Source: Candidatus Undinarchaeota archaeon
GTDB taxonomy: Archaea > SpSt-1190 > JASMDC01
DNA length: 40,747 bases
Reading direction: 5' to 3'
NCBI GenBank assembly: GCA_964519305.1
Contig: CAZFHY010000026.1
Location: 1-40,747 of the forward strand
The position numbers and the translations under genes were made by a program. The notes beneath the pieces were generated by a model, which had not been told where the DNA came from, searched no databases, and worked only from the letters and a program-made list of their open reading frames with translations. Positions 1 to 6,815 of this stretch are shown in pieces (positions within the stretch are counted from its first letter, which is position 1; each line of letters begins with the position of its first letter).

Positions 1-90
1 CCCCCCGTCCGGCGGGGGGGGGGGGGGGGGCGCCCTGTGGGCCCCGGGGGGGGGGGGGCGCCCGGCCCCCCCCCCCCGGAGGTTAGGTGA

Positions 91-196
91 CTACAGACGG
101 GGGGCACGCAGGTGCCCTCCGGTATCTGATGTCGAGGATTTGGGTCTCACGTTGTTGAAAGGGGGGTGGTCTCGACTCGCTCCTCGACGGGATGAT
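91..196. ncRNA. Structured non-coding element, copy A (hairpins; homologous to 1424-1571)
   Basis: Hairpin CGGGGGGCAC/GTGCCCTCCG (98-121); stem GTCGAGG 131-137 / CCTCGAC 182-188; 16-mer GGGGGGTGGTCTCGAC at 161-176, identical to 1517-1532. Confidence 0.5.
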
Positions 197-735
197 CATA
201 TCTGTTCGTAGGTGACCTCCTTATCAGTGTGATGCACTCCGTCGCGCATCTCGAACGTGGAGACCACGTTCTGCTTGTAGCTCTCGCCCAACCGCTCGAT
301 CGTCGCGGTCGCATGGCGGTGGCCCTTGAACGACTGGACGGGGTGACGCCAGTCAGCGATGAACGCGTTCTTCTCTGGCAGGCCGTAGCCGAAGTCCGCC
401 AGCTCTTCGATGACGCTGTCCATGGCCTCGCGCCTTCCGGTCATGGAGAGGGTGTACCCCTTCTCCTCAGTGTGAACGAACGCCGTGCCGGGGTTCGGGC
501 TCGCACTTGATTCCTTATGGTCGTAGGGCGTGACCTCATAGTCGAGGACGTCGTCCATGTTGCTCCATCCGACTGAGACGACCGCACAGGCCATGTCGGT
601 CTCGAGGTCCTCCCCGCGCTGGGGGTAGGTAGTGCGCTCCTCGAAGGAGTGCCTGAACGCCGTCGTGACCGTCGAAGTCACATCAGTGAGGTAGGTGAGC
701 TTCATGCACACCTGGTCAGTATCCATGTCGTACAT
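196..735 (-). CDS. Hypothetical protein, paralogue 1 of 3
   Basis: 179 aa ORF sharing KLTYLT, EEKGYTLSMTG, GYGLPE.NA and DW.HP with the two upstream ORFs; GGAGTGA RBS. Confidence 0.85.
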   Translation of the reverse strand: MYDMDTDQVCMKLTYLTDVTSTVTTAFRHSFEERTTYPQRGEDLETDMACAVVSVGWSNMDDVLDYEVTPYDHKESSASPNPGTAFVHTEEKGYTLSMTGRREAMDSVIEELADFGYGLPEKNAFIADWRHPVQSFKGHRHATATIERLGESYKQNVVSTFEMRDGVHHTDKEVTYEQI

Positions 736-741
736 AGATGC

Positions 742-1311
742 TCACTCCTGGGCCTTGGATAGCGGGACCCTGTCCTGCGCGAACGTGACCTCACGCCTGA
801 AGGTAACCCATTCAGGGGTGGATTCACGGGTGGACCTCTCCTGAGGCAGGTAGAAGTCGGTCAGCGACTCGATCGTGTTGGCCGCGTGCCTAGTGCCCTT
901 GACCGACCTGATCGGGTGGTTCCAGTCGGCCACCCAGGCGTTGCGCTCTGGCAGACCGTAACCTGAGTCGCCCAGCTCAGTGATCACGTCATCGATCGCC
1001 TCTTTGGTACCCGCCATGGTGAGGGTGTAGCCCTTCTCTTCCTTGGAGGCGAGCATGCTGGTGGGTGCCATGCCCATGGGCAGGCTGGAGGACTCGTAGG
1101 GGGTGACCGTATATGTAAAGCCAGGATCGACTTCCTCGGCTACGAGGTCGCCAGCCCATCGCATGCAGTTCTCGAGCCCATCTACACGTTCGGAGTAGAC
1201 AGTGATGTCCCTTATGTTCTGGGGGGAGGGGAAACCGCTCATGGTGGTCCTGTCGACCTCGGTAAGGTAGGTGAGCTTCACGCACACCTGTTCTGTGTCT
1301 GTTTCGTACAT
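742..1311 (-). CDS. Hypothetical protein, paralogue 2 of 3
   Basis: Same motifs; start placed at ATG 1311 (MYETD) by paralogue alignment and GGTGA RBS; BRE/TATA AAAGGTTTATTA at about 1370-1381 (minus). Confidence 0.85.
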   Translation of the reverse strand: MYETDTEQVCVKLTYLTEVDRTTMSGFPSPQNIRDITVYSERVDGLENCMRWAGDLVAEEVDPGFTYTVTPYESSSLPMGMAPTSMLASKEEKGYTLTMAGTKEAIDDVITELGDSGYGLPERNAWVADWNHPIRSVKGTRHAANTIESLTDFYLPQERSTRESTPEWVTFRREVTFAQDRVPLSKAQE

Positions 1312-1423
1312 GTTCATCACCTTGTGCCGTGCTTTTGTTTCGACACACGGCCTCAGGTTTCGGCGTCCCTAATAAACCTTTCTTTTGGTGCACCTAAATA
1401 TAGCAATTCAGGGATGTTCGTGA

Positions 1424-1571
1424 AGGGTCCCCTGTGTACGGTGTGGGCCTATACAGAATATGATCGCGAGGGGCCCGTAGGCCCCTCGCATGAAGTCGAG
1501 GTGCGCGATCTCGTCCGGGGGGTGGTCTCGACGTGCCCCTCGACCCTATGATGTGTCGTTGAGCGGATCCT
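1424..1571. ncRNA. Structured non-coding element, copy B (multi-hairpin)
   Basis: P1 AGGGTCC 1424-1430 / GGATCCT 1565-1571; P2 CTGTGTA/TATACAG; P3 perfect 10-bp stem 1466-1489; P4 GTCGAGG 1495-1501 / CCTCGAC 1538-1544; TAAATATA at 1395-1402. Confidence 0.55.
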
Positions 1572-2117
1572 CTAGGCCCGCTCGAACGTTATCTCGACGG
1601 TGGTCGTCTCCTTCTCGGGGGTGGAACCCTCGGTCCGGTTGAACGTCCGCTGGTAGCTCTCTTCGAGCGACCCGATCCGTTCCTTGGCCGCGTAGTGGCC
1701 CTTGACGGACTGTATGGGATGGGTCCACTCGGCCAGGAGGGCGTTCCTCTCGGGCGTACCGAAGTCGGCGTCAGCGAGCTCTACGAGCACTAGGTCGATC
1801 TGGTCCTTGGTACCGGTCATGGAGAGGGTGTAGCCCTTCTCCTCAACGTCCATCCAGGCGGGCGCTGGCCAGGGGCCAGCGTAATGGCTCTTCTCCTGGT
1901 GGGGGGTGATCTCGTAGGAGAGATTGCCGCCCATGGCGTTGTTGGCGAACTCGCATGCGGCCTCCATGGTCTCGGGGAAGCCCTCGCCGCGTTGGGGGTA
2001 GCTCGTGAGGATCTCGTTCTCCTTGAGCCATCCGCCGGTGAAGCCGTGCTGCTCCACTCCGGTGAGGTAGGTCAATTCGACGCTTACAAGCTCCTTGTCA
2101 CAGTCGATGTCGTACAT
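1572..2117 (-). CDS. Hypothetical protein, paralogue 3 of 3
   Basis: 181 aa with the same conserved motifs; GGTGA RBS; TTTATAA box at about 2160-2166 (minus). Confidence 0.85.
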   Translation of the reverse strand: MYDIDCDKELVSVELTYLTGVEQHGFTGGWLKENEILTSYPQRGEGFPETMEAACEFANNAMGGNLSYEITPHQEKSHYAGPWPAPAWMDVEEKGYTLSMTGTKDQIDLVLVELADADFGTPERNALLAEWTHPIQSVKGHYAAKERIGSLEESYQRTFNRTEGSTPEKETTTVEITFERA

Positions 2118-2206
2118 GATTGGTCACCAGTTGTGGGTACGGCTGCGCTGGTGACCGCGTTATAAACGTTCCCCGGGGTGTGTGTCGTGGTGGCAGGGGG
2201 CTGGGC

Positions 2207-3118
2207 CTAGCTCAATTCTCCCCGTACCAGCCGCGCTGCGGCCACCAGGTTCCGTAGTTTGGCGTCCGCCGCCTCCCGGGGGAGCTTCTTCAGCCCGCAG
2301 TCCGGGTCAGGCACCACCCGCTCTGGCCCCAGCAGCTCGCACGCCCTGCGGATGAGCGCGGCCACCTCGTCCACCGTCTCCACCCGGACGTCGTCGGACC
2401 TGACGCATCCCAGCCCGATGCGCTGGGACAATCCCGTGTCGGCCACAGCGTCCAAAAGCTGCGGATCTGCGGCGAACTCGAGGTCCAGCACCGCGACGGG
2501 CATCCGGGCCAGCGAGTCGAGAACAGGGACCACCTTCCCGCAAACGTGGAGCGTCACGGGCACCTCGAGCCCACGCACCACTTCGGTAACGAGCTCTTGA
2601 GCGTACGGTGGCAGGTCCACGGAGAAGAATGGTTCGTCCACCTGGACAGCAGGAGCTCCGGCGGCCTCGAGCGCGAGCACCTCGGCGTTGAGCGCACGGG
2701 CCAGAGCGAAGGCCGCATCCTCCTCCCTGTCATAATACGCGTTCACGCACCCGCGGGCCAGAGTGTAGGGGCCGGTGACGATGCCCTTCACGGCCGCACG
2801 TCCTGCGGCCACCTCGTGTGCACGGACCAGGTCGTCGGTGGTGATGGGCCGTCGGAACGACACGTCACCGAAGATCACAGGCCGGCCTTTCATCCGGATG
2901 CCCCCGAGACGGGACGCGAACAGCGGAACGATGCCCGCCCGGGTCTGACCGTCCGAGATGATGTCGACGCCGGCGGCCAACTGGGCCTCCACCGCCCGCT
3001 CCAGCGAGAGCAGGTACGGATCACGTCCCGCACGATTTGCGGACACGCACTCAGCGTTCGTGGGGTGGACCGGGTACGAACCCACTACTGTGGTAGGAAG
3101 GAGCTCGGGCACGGTCAC
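2207..3118 (-). CDS. Core (short, single-barrel) zinc methionine synthase, MetE-C/MesA type
   Basis: TTVVGSYP start, DIISDGQ, VQVDEP, Zn ligands HVCG and PDCG; GTG start overlaps the upstream TGA; about 303 aa. Confidence 0.9.
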   Translation of the reverse strand: MTVPELLPTTVVGSYPVHPTNAECVSANRAGRDPYLLSLERAVEAQLAAGVDIISDGQTRAGIVPLFASRLGGIRMKGRPVIFGDVSFRRPITTDDLVRAHEVAAGRAAVKGIVTGPYTLARGCVNAYYDREEDAAFALARALNAEVLALEAAGAPAVQVDEPFFSVDLPPYAQELVTEVVRGLEVPVTLHVCGKVVPVLDSLARMPVAVLDLEFAADPQLLDAVADTGLSQRIGLGCVRSDDVRVETVDEVAALIRRACELLGPERVVPDPDCGLKKLPREAADAKLRNLVAAARLVRGELS

Positions 3119-4044
3119 GGCAGCCGCCTCGCGGGGTGGTCGTCGGGCACGGCCACGCCGAAGTAGTCCTCTGCGCCCTCGGCCACCATCCGGGCGGCGA
3201 AGGCCACCGGCGGGTACACCCGGGGCACGTTCTCGACCCTCCCGGTGAGCACCAGGTCGGCGCCCCAGGATACCGGTAGTGCAGCGGCGGCCGCGTCGGC
3301 GGCGTCGAAGTCCGCCGGACGTCCTTTGCGCCAGCCGCGCATCCATCCCCAGGCGTGGAGCGTGTTGTGGAGCGCGCAACCGACAGGGAGGCCGAACCGG
3401 CTCTTGAACACCGGGATGGCGCGAAGGCACTCGGCAGCGCCAGTACCGAAGGGCGTGGCGCTCGTGTCGAGCAGCACACGGTCGATGCCCGCGTCCCCGG
3501 CGATGGCCAGTAGTCCCGTGTCCAGGAGCTTGGCCCCGTCCTCGAGGATGGCCAGCCTGCCGTCAGTGGAGGGGTCGGCGGGATTGTAGGCGAGCACGAT
3601 GGCCGCCGCGGGCGTGTTGGACACCAGCGCCTCCCGCTCCTCCTTTGTGATGCCTATGTTCACCGAGTTGTAGATAGTGCGGTCCAGCAGTCCCGCCTTC
3701 CCCAGGTGCTCGAGCACCGCTGGGCGCAGTGCGGGATCAGGGATATCGACACAGAAGGGCGCGTCGGGAGGTAGCACCTCGCTCACCACCTCGATCCGCT
3801 CCGGTAGCGTGGCAAGGTCACGGACCGCCAAGTCGGGCAGGAACGGTACCCCGGTCACCTGGGCCAACGTCAGTGCGCTCTCGAGCGCCTCCAACGCAGC
3901 GGTACGGGCACCGTCATCCATGGTCCAGTACTGCTTGCCTACGAACGCCGTGGCGACCAGTACCGGCGGCCGCTCCCCTGGCTGACCCCCGAGCTCCAGG
4001 TCGCCCACGCGCACCCGCTGCTGCTCGGTGGTGAAGCCGATCAT
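3115..4044 (-). CDS. mtrH: MtrH-family methyl-pterin methyltransferase
   Basis: GGQPGERPPVL, IYNSVN, LLDT, KSRFGLPVGCALHN, GADLVL motifs; ATGA overlap with mtrA. Confidence 0.88.
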   Translation of the reverse strand: MIGFTTEQQRVRVGDLELGGQPGERPPVLVATAFVGKQYWTMDDGARTAALEALESALTLAQVTGVPFLPDLAVRDLATLPERIEVVSEVLPPDAPFCVDIPDPALRPAVLEHLGKAGLLDRTIYNSVNIGITKEEREALVSNTPAAAIVLAYNPADPSTDGRLAILEDGAKLLDTGLLAIAGDAGIDRVLLDTSATPFGTGAAECLRAIPVFKSRFGLPVGCALHNTLHAWGWMRGWRKGRPADFDAADAAAAALPVSWGADLVLTGRVENVPRVYPPVAFAARMVAEGAEDYFGVAVPDDHPARRLP

Positions 4045-4625
4045 CCGTTCACCTCCGCTGGACGTACCTCGCCGTACGGATCGACGGTGACGGTTGCGTG
4101 CACACCCACAGCCCCGGCCATCCCCGAGTGGTCGGTGGCGTGCCGCACACGCTCCACGGTGAACGGAGCGTCCATAGGGCCGGGATCCCTGGTCCTGCAA
4201 TCCTCCAGCGTCCGGCGCAGTACGGCCGGGTCGTTCCCGCCGAGCAGGTCGATGACCTCCACTTGCCGACAGAACCGTTCGATAGCATCGTCGGCGATGT
4301 TCTCGATATAGGGCACGGCTCCCGGTGCACCGATGATCCGGCGCCGCTTGTCAAGACCGTTGCGTACAAGCGCCAGTAGCGATGCGCCCGACAAGTGGCC
4401 GTGCACGTCAGCACCGAAGAGGACCACGAAGCGCAGCCGGGGGTTGGAGAGGACGTTGGCGATCAGCGTCTCGATCCCGATGTTCTCCGTGCGCAGGGGG
4501 CCCCACACCGCAACCAGGTCCGCGGGGACCTCAACATGTCCGCCCATGGTGACGACGACCGCTGGCGACGATGGTTCACCGCGATTGATCTCGCCACCCC
4601 AGGGGTAAAGCCCGTCCTCGGCCAC
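4041..4625 (-). CDS. mtrA: MtrA-family corrinoid protein, soluble (no C-terminal TM anchor)
   Basis: TENIGIE.LIANVLSNPRLRF, corrinoid His in VHGHLSG, IIGAPGAVPYIEN; GTG start at 4625. Confidence 0.9.
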   Translation of the reverse strand: MAEDGLYPWGGEINRGEPSSPAVVVTMGGHVEVPADLVAVWGPLRTENIGIETLIANVLSNPRLRFVVLFGADVHGHLSGASLLALVRNGLDKRRRIIGAPGAVPYIENIADDAIERFCRQVEVIDLLGGNDPAVLRRTLEDCRTRDPGPMDAPFTVERVRHATDHSGMAGAVGVHATVTVDPYGEVRPAEVNG

Positions 4626-4732
4626 GTGAGAGCGATGGCAACACAGCTTTTTAGCTATTGCGCGGACCGCGCCGCCCGACACCCTTATAATATTGAGCGT
4701 ATGTAAGGATGGGGTAGAAAGGAGAGCGTTAA

Positions 4733-5170
4733 ATGGACGTGGACGGGTACGAATATCCAGCAGACCTCCATTACTCACAGGACCATGTATGGGTCCGGAC
4801 GGAGGGGGGGCGCGTAAGGATAGGGTTCACCGGTTTCGCCCAGGACATCGCCGGCGGCCTGCACTACGTGCGGGTGTTCCCCGCGGGGAAGCGGGTCGAG
4901 GCGGGTCGCGCTCTGGGTACCGTCGAGACGGGCAAGTGGGTCGGCCCCGTGGTCGCTCCCGTGTCCGGAACGGTGGTCGAGCCCAACGAGCGCCTGGCCA
5001 GCGAGCCAGGTCTTGTGAACAGCGATCCATTCGGCGATGGGTGGTTCGCCCTCGTGGCCCCTGACGATATCGATAATGGTCTCAGTGGGCTCGTACGGGG
5101 TGACGACCCGTCCTTCGCAGGTTGGATGAAAGAACGTATGAACGCCACCAGGGGGGAGGCACGCACATGA
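4733..5170 (+). CDS. gcvH: Glycine cleavage H / lipoyl-carrier protein
   Basis: HYSQDHVW, IGFT.FAQ, lipoyl Lys in VETGKWVG, APVSG, N.DPFGDGW. Confidence 0.88.
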   Translation: MDVDGYEYPADLHYSQDHVWVRTEGGRVRIGFTGFAQDIAGGLHYVRVFPAGKRVEAGRALGTVETGKWVGPVVAPVSGTVVEPNERLASEPGLVNSDPFGDGWFALVAPDDIDNGLSGLVRGDDPSFAGWMKERMNATRGEART

Positions 5171-5658
5171 AGTCAGACGAACACATAGAGAACGCGCGCC
5201 AATGGGAAAAGGCCGCGCAATGCGCCAAGGAGCAGGGGCTGGAGCTGGTGCTCCCGCACGCCAGCTTCTACGAGGCGGCCAACTACATCGAGGCTGCACT
5301 CGCCGAGCGTAAGATACATTCGGACGACCACCTCCAGCGAGTGCGCAACATGTACGAATCGGGCAAGTTCAGCTTCGACGAGGTCCAGTTCTTCGAGAAG
5401 GTGACCCGTCAGCGTATCATTGTCGAGTTCCAGATGCCATCTCGCCCTCTCAAGGAGGTCGAGGAGTCCGGACGGATCTTCCGACAGCGCTGGGAGCGGG
5501 ACCACCCGCCAGAGCCCGAGGAACCTGCCGAGGCGCCTGCAGAGGAGGCACCCAAGAAGGCAGCGGACACACCGGCCAAGCCACCGGCGAAGAAGACGCC
5601 CAAGAAGGCCACTCCGAAGAAGAAAGCGTCGAAGAAGAAGGGGTCGGAGAAGGCTTGA
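5167..5658 (+). CDS. Hypothetical helical (HEPN-like?) protein with Pro/Ala/Lys-rich tail
   Basis: Translationally coupled to gcvH and thiI; C-terminal PKKA-type repeats. Confidence 0.7.
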   Translation: MKSDEHIENARQWEKAAQCAKEQGLELVLPHASFYEAANYIEAALAERKIHSDDHLQRVRNMYESGKFSFDEVQFFEKVTRQRIIVEFQMPSRPLKEVEESGRIFRQRWERDHPPEPEEPAEAPAEEAPKKAADTPAKPPAKKTPKKATPKKKASKKKGSEKA

Positions 5659-6815
5659 CGGGGACCGGGACCACGCTCCTGGTCCGGTACGGCGAGCTGG
5701 CCCGACGGACCGGGCGGACCCGGCGCACGTTCGAACGTGCCCTGCTCAAGAATATCGACGAATCACTGCTCGACGAAGGGCTCGCGTACGAGGTACGCAG
5801 GGAGCCTGGACGGTTATTTATTATGACCAGCGAGCCCGAGGCCGCCCTCACCCGTCTCCGGGACGTGTTCGGGATCCAGTCCTGCTCACCTGTGATCGAA
5901 GGCCCCACTGACCTCGATGCGCTCGTCAAGGCGGGGGTGCGGTACGCTATGCCCCTGCTCCCGGCCCGAACGACGTTCGCCATACGTGCCCGGCGCACCG
6001 ACGACCATCCCTACACCAGTATGGACCTCGCCCGCGCGCTGGGCGCCGCCATCCAGAAGAAGCGCAAGAGCCTGCGCGTCGACCTGGACCGTCCCGAGGT
6101 CGAACTGTTCGTTGAGGTGCGACAGAAACGCGCCTATCTCTATCACGACCGCGGCCGGGCCGTGGGGGGGCTCCCTCTGGGCACCGAGGGCCGGTGCGTT
6201 TCCGTTCTCAACGACGGTATGGACTCGCTGGTAGCCGCCTGGCTCATGATGCGACGCGGCTGCGTCCCACTCCTGCTCCACATAAGTCACGGATCCCACG
6301 GAGGGTGGGGACCGGACGAGGCCTTCGACGCCTGCCGCCCGCTCAAGCGCTTTGCCGCTGGTCACGACCTGCGGTTCCACTCGGTACCATTCGGGGACGT
6401 GCTGTCCGCCATCGCCGGTACATCGGAGAAACGCCACCTATGCGTGCTATGCCGCCGGGCCGTGCTCATGGCCGCCGACCTTGTGGCCGACAGCGGGAAG
6501 GCGGACCTCATAGTGACCGGGGACACCCTGGGCCACAGCGGTGCACGCACGCTCCACAACCTGTCTGTTACCGGAAACGGGTGCGGCCGGACCGTGGCAC
6601 GTCCCCTCATCGGCATGGGCCGGGGGGAGATTGACCGGTGGGCCGAGGTCGCGCATCTGTCGCCGGCCCGGTCGCTCTCTGCGTGCTGCGCGCTGGACGC
6701 CAGTTGCCAGGACATACATGCTAAGGAGGCCGCGGTGGCCGACGAGGCGATGCTCCTGGAACTGCGTGAACTGGTCGCGGACGCGGTGGCACGACGGGAA
6801 CGACGCGTGCTCTAA
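5655..6815 (+). CDS. thiI: ThiI-family THUMP/tRNA sulfurtransferase
   Basis: LVRYGEL, THUMP (TFAIRARR, VDLDRPE), GGLPLGTEG, CVLCRR, IVTGD; PP-loop degenerate (NDGMDS). Confidence 0.85.
   Translation: MTGTGTTLLVRYGELARRTGRTRRTFERALLKNIDESLLDEGLAYEVRREPGRLFIMTSEPEAALTRLRDVFGIQSCSPVIEGPTDLDALVKAGVRYAMPLLPARTTFAIRARRTDDHPYTSMDLARALGAAIQKKRKSLRVDLDRPEVELFVEVRQKRAYLYHDRGRAVGGLPLGTEGRCVSVLNDGMDSLVAAWLMMRRGCVPLLLHISHGSHGGWGPDEAFDACRPLKRFAAGHDLRFHSVPFGDVLSAIAGTSEKRHLCVLCRRAVLMAADLVADSGKADLIVTGDTLGHSGARTLHNLSVTGNGCGRTVARPLIGMGRGEIDRWAEVAHLSPARSLSACCALDASCQDIHAKEAAVADEAMLLELRELVADAVARRERRVL

Noticed and set aside
1-80. Long G and C homopolymer runs (G-quadruplex-like)
   Set aside because: At the window edge and typical of low-quality sequence; probably garbles the 5' part of element copy A
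125-196. CTGATG...GAAA as a hammerhead ribozyme, or CTGA/ATGAT as C/D boxes
   Set aside because: The core CTGANGA is not matched, copy B lacks these features, and the box order and pairing are not convincing
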